Of a stretch of 64,000 nt of DNA, positions 29,048-37,950 are shown in pieces. The DNA lies in IMG/VR virus record IMGVR_UViG_2562617076_000004; one strand, given 5' to 3'. The translations under genes and the position numbers were made by a program. Origin of the DNA: an uncultured virus (IMG/VR IMGVR_UViG_2562617076_000004). Taxonomy: Duplodnaviria > Heunggongvirae > Uroviricota > Caudoviricetes. Within the stretch, counting starts at the first letter, position 1; each line of letters begins with the position of its first letter. The notes beneath the pieces were generated by a model. The model was not told the origin of the DNA. It saw only the letters and a list, made by a program, of their open reading frames with translations, and ran no database searches.

Positions 29048-29762
29048 AGCGCGTCTGGCTTTTACGGATTCACTGGCTGCGCTGGATTGTTCCGTCGTTC
29101 CGGCGCATCCGTGGATTCACGGTCTGGGGCAGCAGACCGATAACGGGGCATACCTGAGTCCGGTCAATGCAATCCATTATCTGGCGGAAAGGCTGGCCGG
29201 AACGGGAGGCAATACCGATGTGGTGATCATGATGGTAACGGGACAGACCCATGAAAACTTCATGAAGGGGCTTAACAGCCTGGTGGATGTTTTCCCCGCG
29301 CCTGCATTCACCCAGGTCAGACGTCTGGCTGAGTCTGCGGCGACACTGGCTACTGAGAAAATGCAGATCCCTGCGAAAGCCGGGGCAGGACTGCCGGTTG
29401 CCATTCCGCTGTCCGTTCCGACCAGCAGGGCTGCGTTATCCGCTGCCGCTATCAGTGAGGCGCAGAAAGCGGCTGGCGCCGGATTCAGCCTGGACGGGCT
29501 GAAACAACAGCTGGGGGAATTTACGCAACTGCGTGACAGCCTGATTAACGATGTGGCCAGCGGCCTTGCTGATTTGCAGGGGAAAAGCGCCAGGGCATGG
29601 GTATTTACGGCCAGTGGCGACACCGCCGCCACCCTTGTGGCGCTGGTAAAGGACATTCCGCAGCCTTCAGCCGTTTATACTGCGGCAATCATGCTGGCCG
29701 GAAAAAATCTTGATGGAATAAGGGGCATGATTCATGACGTCGATCCCGACACTGGCGCTTAA
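29037..29762 (+). CDS. Conserved HP1-type tail-region protein
   Basis: YLSPVNAI motif; overlaps both neighbours. Confidence 0.7.
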   Translation: MWREARLAFTDSLAALDCSVVPAHPWIHGLGQQTDNGAYLSPVNAIHYLAERLAGTGGNTDVVIMMVTGQTHENFMKGLNSLVDVFPAPAFTQVRRLAESAATLATEKMQIPAKAGAGLPVAIPLSVPTSRAALSAAAISEAQKAAGAGFSLDGLKQQLGEFTQLRDSLINDVASGLADLQGKSARAWVFTASGDTAATLVALVKDIPQPSAVYTAAIMLAGKNLDGIRGMIHDVDPDTGA

Positions 29763-30279
29763 TGGTGAGGCCATTCTGCTGAAAAACATGCGCGTGACCG
29801 TTTCCCAGCAGTTTCAGGATAAAGACCAGTCCGGTCAGACCAGCGCGACCACCAAATCAGAGCAGGGGGCAAAGGGCAAAGAGCTGCGTATCAGCGGCGA
29901 AATACCCTTTAAAAACCCGGAGATCCTGAAGCGTATTTTTGAACTGGCCAGCGCCACTGATGCAGACGGGAAACGCATGAAATACCGCGTTGCGCATGAG
30001 GTGGCCAGAGCAGTGAATTTTCGTGAGGCCACCTTCAGCGGAATGCTGGATGCACCGCCGCAGGACGGGAAAATGGCCTGGCTGGTCACGTTCACCCTGG
30101 CGGAACATGTCAGCGTACAGGAGAAGCGGGAAGCCAGGGCAACCGGTAAAACAACGGCAAAAAAACAGACGGCCAGCAGTACGGGACAATCCGGTGGCCA
30201 GAGTGCCGGAGAGGATGAAGAAAAACTGACGTGGTTTGAACGCAGGGTGCTGAAGCCCGTCAATGATGCTTTAGGTTAA
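29734..30279 (+). CDS. Conserved HP1-type tail-region protein
   Basis: DQSGQTS.T..SEQG.KGKEL motif. Confidence 0.7.
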   Translation: MTSIPTLALNGEAILLKNMRVTVSQQFQDKDQSGQTSATTKSEQGAKGKELRISGEIPFKNPEILKRIFELASATDADGKRMKYRVAHEVARAVNFREATFSGMLDAPPQDGKMAWLVTFTLAEHVSVQEKREARATGKTTAKKQTASSTGQSGGQSAGEDEEKLTWFERRVLKPVNDALG

Positions 30280-31982
30280 TGATGAAACCAGTAAAACGCC
30301 TTTACCTTTCAACGGATGAAATACACCTGGCTGACGCCAGTCTGGTGCTGGAGCTGAACAGCTGTGGACGTGGCTTTATTACGGCACAGACGACCACAGA
30401 CTACACCGGCAAACTGGTACGGCTGGATGTGGGGTATTCCGGTTTACTTCTGCGCTGGTTTACCGGCTATGTGGAGCGCTCACAGCCTGCCGAAAACGGT
30501 TATCAGCGTCTGTTCGTCCGCGAGCTGGCTGGCGTATTTGAGCGGATGTGGCCATGCTCATTCCAGCATCCAACACTGCGCGATGTGGCCGGATGGCTGG
30601 AGGAAAACAGCGGGATCAGCATTGCGGTACCGGATGTGCCGTACAGTGATAAACCGATCCCCCATTTCACCCATAACGGGACGGGATACCAGCTGCTGAA
30701 TAATCTGGGCAGGGCATTCAGTATCACGGATTACATCTGGTATCCATTGCCGGATGGTTCGCTGTATGTCGGCGGCGCAGAAAAGGCGCTGTTTGCCGGA
30801 CGCCCGGTGGAAATCCCGGCAGAGTTCAGCCAGGGAACGGCGGGCGGTAATTCCATGACATTGCCGGTGATCCAGAGTCTGCGTCCGGGTGTGGATGTGA
30901 ACGGGGAGCGCGTGACCAAAGTTCATCTGACGAATGACACAATGACCATCACCTGGACACCACGGAACCGCGCCACAGGTCAGCCATTGCTGAAAACACC
31001 GGCGCAGCGCCAGATAGAAAGCCATTACCCGGAACTGGCATCCGGGCTTCACCTGCCCAAACTGGCCAGGGTGGTGGCACCCAGCGAGGCCGTAAAAAGC
31101 GGTAATTTTGCCGACCCGTTCCGGCCACGGTACGCCGTTGACGTGCAGCTGCTTGACGCGGACGGCAACCCGGACAACCAGACGCCGGTATATTCCGCCG
31201 TACCGCTGCCGGTGCCAATGGCCGGTAACGATTCGGGAATGTTCCAGTTTCCACCGGAAGGAACGCTGGTAGAAGTGGCGTTTACGGGCGGCAGGCCGGA
31301 CAAACCCTTTATCAGGCAGACGCTGCCGGATGGCACCAGTCTGCCGGACATTAAGCCCGGCGAACAGCTGCAACAGCAGCGCGCGGAAGTCTCGCAACGC
31401 GTGACACAGGCAGGAGACTGGGTACGCCAGACGGATCAGACCATCAGTGAAACATCGATGGTGCGGACGGTGAAAGCCGACACGGAACGGCGCGAACTGG
31501 TCAGCCGTGAAACCACGGTGAAAGCCACGGATAAAATCACAGTACTGGGTACCGCCACGCTGATGGCCGGAGCCATACAGCAGGTCAGTGCTGGCGACTT
31601 CAGCCAGGCGGTAAAAGGAAACCGGCTGGCCAGTATTACAGGAAATGAAGAAACCGAAATCGCCGGGCAGCTGTCCACGAAAGTGGCCGGCGCCATGAAT
31701 GTTGATGTGGGGGGAACCCTGACAGAAAAGATTGCCGCATTACGTAAATCCGTGGCGGCGGGCGGTCAGCAGATTATGGGGCCAACCGTGCATATCGGTA
31801 GCGAGGGCGTAAATACGCTTACCATGATGCTGGACACCATTGATTTACTGGCAGAGCTGGCGCAACAATGTGCAAGCCATTCGCACCCCAGCGTCGGTAC
31901 ACCGACGAACGCGGGCGCATTTAACCAGACGGCAGCGAAGGCCGGACAGACCCGGAGCAAGTACCAGAACATCATCGCCTGA
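30279..31982 (+). CDS. Baseplate hub/spike-like protein
   Basis: 567 aa last late gene; C-terminal beta-repeat region and HSH motif. Confidence 0.7.
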   Translation: MMKPVKRLYLSTDEIHLADASLVLELNSCGRGFITAQTTTDYTGKLVRLDVGYSGLLLRWFTGYVERSQPAENGYQRLFVRELAGVFERMWPCSFQHPTLRDVAGWLEENSGISIAVPDVPYSDKPIPHFTHNGTGYQLLNNLGRAFSITDYIWYPLPDGSLYVGGAEKALFAGRPVEIPAEFSQGTAGGNSMTLPVIQSLRPGVDVNGERVTKVHLTNDTMTITWTPRNRATGQPLLKTPAQRQIESHYPELASGLHLPKLARVVAPSEAVKSGNFADPFRPRYAVDVQLLDADGNPDNQTPVYSAVPLPVPMAGNDSGMFQFPPEGTLVEVAFTGGRPDKPFIRQTLPDGTSLPDIKPGEQLQQQRAEVSQRVTQAGDWVRQTDQTISETSMVRTVKADTERRELVSRETTVKATDKITVLGTATLMAGAIQQVSAGDFSQAVKGNRLASITGNEETEIAGQLSTKVAGAMNVDVGGTLTEKIAALRKSVAAGGQQIMGPTVHIGSEGVNTLTMMLDTIDLLAELAQQCASHSHPSVGTPTNAGAFNQTAAKAGQTRSKYQNIIA

Positions 31983-32094
31983 TTCTCTCTTTTCAGCCCG
32001 CATAATGTGGGTTTTTTTACACCCTTCATCAGGCGTCACCAGACGCATTCTAAGCTCTTCTTTTATCTGACAACTACCGCGCAACACCACAAAA

Positions 32095-32495
32095 GGATCT
32101 GTGCTGTCACGTTACGCTGACGACGCCACACGCTGACAAAATAAATCTTTCGCAGACAAAAACGGCGCTACACCGCACCCGCCTGCGGTTTTTGGATCGA
32201 TAAAATTTTTCAGTTTTCTTTTTCTACAAACCAGACCGCCAGATAGCGCCATTACTGGCGGCTTTGCGGAAAACCAGAACTGAAAAGATTGAAAGTAATT
32301 TCAGTGTTTTTCACTTTCACGGATCTGTGGAGGATTAAGAGAAAACATAACTAACAGATAAATAAGGAAAATGTTTTTTTTGTGTGAGTTCGGAGGATCG
32401 TTTTGGTTTTGTGGCTGTATTCGCTGCGGAAAAGTTGAAGCCAGAGTTAGCAAGGCGTAGGGACAATTAGAAGGTTAATAGTAAACTGAAAAAGC
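32095..32495. other. Putative cos/packaging region of prophage 1
   Basis: Minus strand GCAGGCGGGTGCGGTGTAGCGCC (32164-32186) resembles the GCAGGCGTGGCGGGG...GCGC cos context of prophage 2; CCGCCAG..CTGGCGG hairpin; repeated GGATC and AACTGAAA motifs. Confidence 0.45.
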
Positions 32496-32662
32496 TGCCG
32501 CGTGTCGTGTAAACCAGCGATCTCACAATTGCATCAAAATCTACTTTTAATCTTGGAACTTGAGAAAACTTTTGCCACATTAGTAGTTGCTTTTTAGCTG
32601 TGGATATTATTCCGAGGATTTTATTGCGTTTACTTGGCTGAGCTTATATTAAGGCATTCGAT

Positions 32663-33781
32663 ATGACTGAAAAATTCACCGCGATCTTGCTAGATACGAG
32701 TATCTACGATCAGTACGGATTAAAGCTTGAGAAAGGACTGCTGGGTAAGCTTTCCCAGTTCAGCAGAACTTCGACGACGTTTTTGATACCGGATGTAATA
32801 TACAATGAAGTTAAAAATCATCTAGAAAGAAAAATCAAGACTTCACGTGGCTCACTTGAGAAAGCTTTCGAAGAAGCTGGCGACCACCTTTTTTTTGATG
32901 GAAGTGAACTAAATGATGCAAAAAAAACATTGATTGAAAGCAGAGAAGTTGAAGGATTAGGAAAGAGCAGATTAGACAGATTTGTTGCTGTCACAGATGC
33001 GGAGGTTCTAACCACTGGGGATTATGTTTCGGTACCTGAGCTCCTTGAGCGATATTTCTCTTCAGAAGCTCCTTTTGCGGATACAGGTAAGAAAAAAAAT
33101 GAGTTTCCCGATGCCATAGCATTAATGGCTGTCCAAGCTTGGGCTGAAGAGAATGGTGAAAATGTTCTTGCTGTAGCAAGAGATGATGATTGGCAGAGAT
33201 TTTGTGTTGATGCTGAGAATCTGCACTATGAACCAGACTTATCAAGCGCTTTAGCACACTTCAATGAAGAAACCGCACCTTATGAGCTAATTGATAACTT
33301 ACAAAAAGCACTTGATGAAGGACAAGCCGGTAAATTCTTGCATGATGTTGCTGTACACCTTGAGTCAACTTTTGAAGGGTTTGCACCAGAACAAGAGGCA
33401 GATTCATATTTATATTGGGAGGCTGATGGATGCTCAGGTGGGTTTGAAGATTTTGAGTTTTCAGATAATCAATTCACTGTTATTGATAAGGATGAAAACT
33501 GGGTTGTTTTAGAAGCATTCGCTGAAATTTCACTTTACGCAGAAGGGGATTTCTCCCTATCGGTTTACGATTCATGTGACAAAGACCACGTGTACATGGG
33601 GTCAATTACTAAGCGAGCTGAGGAAACGTATACATCCAGAATACTTATCACAATCTCCGGAGACTTATCGGGTTCTATAGATGATTTGACCGTTGACGAT
33701 GTGGAAGTGATCGAGCGCCCAACGTCGATGGATTTCGGAGAGCTTGAATTAGAATATAGGCCTGACGAGGAAGACTTGTAA
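32663..33781 (+). CDS. PIN-domain protein (DUF4935/PIN_12-like) with acidic C-terminal domain
   Basis: LLDTSIY, EV..H, YF...APF...KKNEFPDA and DDDW acidic motifs. Confidence 0.82.
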   Translation: MTEKFTAILLDTSIYDQYGLKLEKGLLGKLSQFSRTSTTFLIPDVIYNEVKNHLERKIKTSRGSLEKAFEEAGDHLFFDGSELNDAKKTLIESREVEGLGKSRLDRFVAVTDAEVLTTGDYVSVPELLERYFSSEAPFADTGKKKNEFPDAIALMAVQAWAEENGENVLAVARDDDWQRFCVDAENLHYEPDLSSALAHFNEETAPYELIDNLQKALDEGQAGKFLHDVAVHLESTFEGFAPEQEADSYLYWEADGCSGGFEDFEFSDNQFTVIDKDENWVVLEAFAEISLYAEGDFSLSVYDSCDKDHVYMGSITKRAEETYTSRILITISGDLSGSIDDLTVDDVEVIERPTSMDFGELELEYRPDEEDL

Positions 33782-33816
33782 TTACTAAGATTAGGCACTA
33801 CCTCTGTGGCTATTTC

Positions 33817-34006
33817 GTCGCCACTCCGATGAAGGTTGTGCCCTAACATATTGAATTAAATTGTTTTTGTCTTTAGGCAACAAAAAAACCATTTATGTAA
33901 ATGGGTTTTGAAAAACAAACACTTACCTAATATTCAATAACTTACAAAGGTGGTTAGGGGCGTCTAAGGGTGACGAGTGGTAACGCCTGCCGCCATTTTG
34001 TCGCCA
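33817..34006. other. Vestigial attP-like region
   Basis: GTCGCCA (33817) and TGCCGCCA-N3-TGTCGCCA (33988-34006) arm-like repeats flank AGGCAACAAAAAAACCAT and IHF-like boxes. Confidence 0.5.
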
Positions 34007-34047
34007 TTAGGTTATAAATTCTGAATCGCTAGAACATAACATGTGAG

Positions 34048-34076
34048 TTGTGGTATAGCGGTTTTGTAAGTAAACT
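34048..34076 (+). promoter_or_regulatory. Putative sigma70 promoter of the antitoxin sRNA
   Basis: TTGTGG-17 bp-TAAACT. Confidence 0.55.
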
Positions 34077-34082
34077 ATAGAC

Positions 34083-34167
34083 AGTTAGTGGAAGTGTGAC
34101 GTTTCCCGCTAGACTACCAATCTAGTAGGATTGTAAAAAAGCCCAACCTCACCAGTTGGGCTTTTTT
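34083..34167 (+). ncRNA. AgrB-like type I antitoxin sRNA (~85 nt)
   Basis: 5' GTTAGTGGAAGTGTGACG is the exact reverse complement of 34363-34380 in the toxin leader; ends in terminator GCCCAAC-N7-GTTGGGC-T6. Confidence 0.8.
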
Positions 34168-34189
34168 ACGTCTGAATACTACTTATTCG

Positions 34190-34217
34190 TTGAAACAATC
34201 GCTCATAACCTTATAAT
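34190..34217 (+). promoter_or_regulatory. Sigma70 promoter of the toxin mRNA
   Basis: TTGAAA-16 bp-TATAAT. Confidence 0.7.
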
Positions 34218-34459
34218 CCAAGGCGTTAGTGACGTGACGCATATGCTAAGCCAAAGTACTTACTACTCGAAAAGGAATTCGAATTTTCTGCATGGCTTGC
34301 GGAAATGTTTATAAGCCCTGGCTGATTACGAGTGGTGTCGGGTCAGACTTTTGGTTTGAGCGCGTCACACTTCCACTAACACTTGAAGTGAGGGTGATTA
34401 TCCAGGCAACGTAAGGAGTATAATCATCTAAACGCGCTCCCTATTCTGGGAGCAAACGG

Positions 34460-34543
34460 ATGAAAGCAATTTTAGATATTGCAATCATTGCTCTGAAGGC
34501 GCTAACTGCCCTTCTTGAGCTGATTCGCGCGATCTGGTTCTAA
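34460..34543 (+). CDS. DinQ/TisB-like (DqlB-type) small membrane toxin, 27 aa
   Basis: MKAILDIAIIALKALTALLELIRAIWF; ALLELIR as in DinQ; SD GGGAG sequestered in hairpin GCTCCC-TATTCT-GGGAGC. Confidence 0.82.
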   Translation: MKAILDIAIIALKALTALLELIRAIWF

Positions 34544-34563
34544 GTGAGCGTGGAAACGTAAGT

Positions 34564-34594
34564 AAGGCCGCTGGGTTCACCTCCAGCGGCCTTT
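34564..34594. terminator. Terminator hairpin between the toxin gene and the truncated integrase
   Basis: AAGGCCGCTGG-N8-CCAGCGGCCTT. Confidence 0.75.
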
Positions 34595-34606
34595 AATATT
34601 TGGTCG

Positions 34607-35365
34607 TTATGCCGCTTGCATTGTTGCCAGCGTGTTGAACCTCAGCGCGGTTTCAAGGTGATCTGGGGCTAGGTGGGCGTAACGCATTGTCATCTTTATA
34701 TCATGGTGCCACAGTATTTTTTGAAGCGCCAGTATGTTGCCACCGGACATCATAAAGTGAGCGGCGAAAGTATGGCGCAGGACATGTGTTAGCTGTCCAC
34801 GAGGCAGAATGATGGATGTTTTATCCATCACCGAAGCAAACTGAAAGTAGTAATCGTCAAAGAATTTGAATCCTTTTAGCGCTGTGATCTCTTCATACAG
34901 TTCTTTGCTGATAGGGATACTTCTATTTTTTTTACCCTTAGTCCTGGTGAAAGTAATGCGGTACTTAGTCACCTGCGATCTGGTTAGGTTTACAGCTTCT
35001 CGCCATCGGGCGCCGGTGCTTAAACAAATCTTGACTACCAGCGTTAACAATTCGTTCTGGTGTTGGCAATCATAAAGCAATTCTGCGATCTGCTCGTGGG
35101 TTAGCCACGCCATTTCTTTTTCGGCTATGGTGAACTTACGCATGTTCTCAAGAGGGTTAGGTTGCAACCATTCCCCCAAACGTATCAGCTCACTAAAAGC
35201 ACCGCTTAAATAGTTTTGCTCCAAATTAACGGTTACAGGACTGGCACCGTTTTTCCATTTTTCGCTGAAGTAAATTTCTCCGGTTAAACGCTTATCCCGA
35301 TAATGAGCAAACATTTTTGGAGTGAGGGACGTAGCCAAGGGATTGCCTAGCGCATCTACTATCAA
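34607..35365 (-). pseudogene. N-terminally truncated 186-family tyrosine integrase
   Basis: Lacks the ~85 aa arm-binding N-terminus present in the other two integrases; conserved LGH reads LWH. Confidence 0.88.
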
Positions 35366-35405
35366 AAACCCATTTGCTTAGAAGCAGATGGGTTTTAGTC
35401 GCTGG

Positions 35406-35654
35406 TTAGAAATTCTCAATGTTTCCTGGAGCTATATCAGGCCGCTTCCCCGCGATTGCCTCTACGTTAATAAAGAGTACATCCTCCGCTCCACCTCGCT
35501 CCCTGTATGAATCCTCTTTCACAAAGATTTTTTCCTGTTGCATACGCAAAATAGCATCGTCAATGAGCTTATATAAGTCTTGACCAGAGTGGTTCAACTC
35601 AATGAGTAAAGCCTTCAGTGCCAGTTCTGTTTGATATTTTGTGGCCATCTGCAT
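35406..35654 (-). CDS. Hypothetical protein, 82 aa
   Basis: AAAGGA RBS; own downstream hairpin AAAACCCAT...ATGGGTTTT (35364-35396). Confidence 0.55.
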   Translation of the reverse strand: MQMATKYQTELALKALLIELNHSGQDLYKLIDDAILRMQQEKIFVKEDSYRERGGAEDVLFINVEAIAGKRPDIAPGNIENF

Positions 35655-35696
35655 TAAATCCTTTAACTGGGCGGACGTAAAGTGGACATGGACAAC

Positions 35697-35728
35697 AAAA
35701 AGGGGCTACGTTTTCACGTAACCCCTTG
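35697..35728 (-). terminator. Terminator downstream of the displaced ssrA 3' end
   Basis: AGGGG.TACGT-TTTC-ACGTA.CCCCT hairpin with a T run on the minus strand. Confidence 0.7.
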
Positions 35729-35735
35729 TTTTATT

Positions 35736-35780
35736 TGGTGGAGCTGGCGGGAGTTGAACCCGCGTCCGAAATTCCTACAT
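35736..35780 (-). repeat. att junction shared by the two prophages: intact ssrA 3'-end duplicate (45 bp)
   Basis: Minus strand ATGTAGGAATTTCGGACGCGGGTTCAACTCCCGCCAGCTCCACCA. Confidence 0.95.
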
Positions 35781-35831
35781 ACCATTTTTAGTATAGTAAA
35801 AACAGTGTATTGCGTTTAAAAACAGCGAGTT

Positions 35832-35893
35832 AGTATTATTCAGTGTTCGTCCGTTTTACGCATTTTTAATGCCCTGCCGCCAAAATGCCGCCA
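35832..35893. promoter_or_regulatory. att arm region of prophage 2
   Basis: TGCCGCCA at 35875 and 35886; 10-bp-phased hexamers at 35832-35867 resembling the 37626-37669 repeats. Confidence 0.55.
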
Positions 35894-35897
35894 TAAA

Positions 35898-36923
35898 TTA
35901 GCGTTTCCAATTGAGGTTGTGAAGCGGGTTTTTTGTCACTGCGTCTTCGAGGTGGTCAGGGGCAAAGTGAGCGTAAACCATCGTCATTTTTATATCTGCG
36001 TGGCCCAGAATATCGCGCAGTACCAGTATGTTTCCGCCGTTCATCATAAAGTGGCTGGCGAAGGTATGGCGCAGCACGTGGGTACATTGGCCTTCTGGTA
36101 GCTCAATACCAGCTCTTTTTACTGCACGCTCAAAAGCTTTTCTGCATGGCGTGAATAGCTTCCCTCTGTTTTTGGGGAGTTCGTCATACAGATCCTGAGA
36201 TATTGGCACGGTACGGTTTTTCTTGCCCTTCGTCTTGGTATAAGTGATGCGGTATTTTGATAGCTGATGGCCCTGCAGGTTTTCAGCTTCACTCCATCGG
36301 GCGCCAGTTGCCAGGCATACTTTTGCAATCATCAGCAAACTGGGACTCTGAGAATCAGCACAGGCATCCAGTAGACGTTTAATTTCTTCCGGTGCCAAGA
36401 ACGCCAGTTCGCCCTCTGCGATTTTGAATGTTGGTAGCCCAGCGAGCGGGTTGGGTGCTGACCAGTGGCCCAGCTTTTTCAGTGTGCCAAAAACAGATGA
36501 TAGGTTACGTTGTTCAAGGTTTACCGTACGGGGCTTAACTGGCGACATAAGCACGCCATCTTCATTTTTTACTTCACCTTTTAACCGTGCTTCCCTGTAT
36601 TTCGTAAAATCGCCTGCGGTTAACTCTGAGGCAATGGGATCGCCCAAGCCATTACAAATAATGCTGAGTTTTGCCATCAGGCGTTTGGGGTCTGCCAGCG
36701 TCTGCCCATAAAGTGAATGCCACTGATCAATCACTTCTGACAAATGCCGCCGATCTTCCTTCTCCCCCAGCCACGGTTTTTTGTTCACCTCATCCATGGT
36801 GTGGTTTTCGAATGCTATGGCCTCGCCTTTAGTCGCAAATTGCTTGCGTACACGTTTGCCATCCCGTCCGTTCGGGTAGCATTCACACAACCATTTTCCG
36901 TTAGGCTGTTTTCTGATGCTCAT
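35898..36923 (-). CDS. int: Tyrosine integrase (Fels-2 type)
   Basis: Complete R-H-R-H-Y catalytic motifs; adjacent to the ssrA att. Confidence 0.97.
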   Translation of the reverse strand: MSIRKQPNGKWLCECYPNGRDGKRVRKQFATKGEAIAFENHTMDEVNKKPWLGEKEDRRHLSEVIDQWHSLYGQTLADPKRLMAKLSIICNGLGDPIASELTAGDFTKYREARLKGEVKNEDGVLMSPVKPRTVNLEQRNLSSVFGTLKKLGHWSAPNPLAGLPTFKIAEGELAFLAPEEIKRLLDACADSQSPSLLMIAKVCLATGARWSEAENLQGHQLSKYRITYTKTKGKKNRTVPISQDLYDELPKNRGKLFTPCRKAFERAVKRAGIELPEGQCTHVLRHTFASHFMMNGGNILVLRDILGHADIKMTMVYAHFAPDHLEDAVTKNPLHNLNWKR

Positions 36924-36926
36924 AAG

Positions 36927-37565
36927 TTAGAGGCTCTTGATTACTTTGACTGCACGCCCGATAGCTTCAATGTCGTCGACCGAGCATTCAAATGATGTTT
37001 CATCTTGGTGAACTACAATTTTGTTTCCTGGAACGCGAGCGATTTTGACGATGCTTTTAACTCCGTCCATATCGACTAACCAGAAGCCATTACTGACTTG
37101 TTTAACAGACGTATCCACAACAAAGCTATCAGTAGCTGTTTTTACAAATAAAGAGTTGGATGAGTCACCATCGAGCAGTCTGCTATCAAGAAGAATTTCA
37201 TCACTTGGCTGCAGTTCACCGTTCTTCAGTTCAACATGTTTGATGCTAGGAGCAACAATTTTAGAAAGTGGTCTTACCGTGACGGAGGTTTCGTTTTTGA
37301 GATTTCTTTCTTCGTTCTCACACGCATACATATCTCCTTGTCCCGTAGCCAGCCATAGAAGGGAAATTCCTGTTTCAAGAGCGCATTGAATTACCCATTC
37401 AGCAGGGAAACTATCCCTTAAGTATCTGTTAGCCATAGTGCTTTTTGATACTTCCAGATGTTCGCAGAGCTGCTGTCGTGAGCTGAAATTGTAAGCCTTA
37501 ATAAGCCTGTTAATCGCATCGCGCCCACCACTATCATTCCCCGCCTTGATTAAACTCATAATCAA
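36927..37565 (-). CDS. cI: Immunity repressor CI
   Basis: AYNFSSRQQLCEHL, RDSFPAEW and ETGISLLWL motifs. Confidence 0.92.
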   Translation of the reverse strand: MIMSLIKAGNDSGGRDAINRLIKAYNFSSRQQLCEHLEVSKSTMANRYLRDSFPAEWVIQCALETGISLLWLATGQGDMYACENEERNLKNETSVTVRPLSKIVAPSIKHVELKNGELQPSDEILLDSRLLDGDSSNSLFVKTATDSFVVDTSVKQVSNGFWLVDMDGVKSIVKIARVPGNKIVVHQDETSFECSVDDIEAIGRAVKVIKSL

Positions 37566-37675
37566 ACCTCTTGACGTATATAAAAAGTGATCTTAATATC
37601 CATTCATGGTTTGAAAAGCAAAACCAAACCACATAAAACAAGATAAAACGAACCCAAACTAAGAGATACTGCACT

Positions 37676-37915
37676 ATGAGTACTGATATTTCAATTCGTG
37701 TACCAAAAGAGATGGCAACGCCTGCTGAGTTCGCGGAGTGGGAAGGTATCTCCCGTGGCTCTGTGTATCAAAAAATTCACCATGGTCAGCTTGCTAAGTA
37801 CATGGTGAAGAAAGAAAAAAATAAAGGACGTGTAAGCCTACGGTACCTGATGTACAAAACCGACCAGGTTCGTGAGTCTCTTGGTCATTCCAACTTCCGC
37901 GTCATTGTTGGTTAG
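37676..37915 (+). CDS. Apl/Cox-like excisionase-repressor
   Basis: Small HTH protein divergent from cI. Confidence 0.8.
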   Translation: MSTDISIRVPKEMATPAEFAEWEGISRGSVYQKIHHGQLAKYMVKKEKNKGRVSLRYLMYKTDQVRESLGHSNFRVIVG

Positions 37916-37950
37916 TAAGTTCGATTATGAGAACTTTCTAAGGGGCTTGC

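Larger units (their letters stand above)
3320..35780. mobile_element. Prophage 1: P2-superfamily prophage with HP1-type head/tail modules, integrated at the ssrA 3' end, apparently complete
   Basis: Flanked by direct repeats of the ssrA 3' end; TGGACA arm-like repeats near both ends (3454-3469, 35671-35694); full int-cI-cox-cII-rep-portal-terminase-capsid-tail-lysis set. Confidence 0.9.

Noticed and set aside
34170..34340. LexA box at the DinQ-like toxin promoter
   Set aside because: No CTG-N10-CAG found by eye around the promoter
35736..35780. tRNA or tmRNA gene
   Set aside because: Only the 3' 45 nt (T-arm, acceptor strand, CCA) are present; it is an att duplicate, not a gene. The same applies to 3320-3360.
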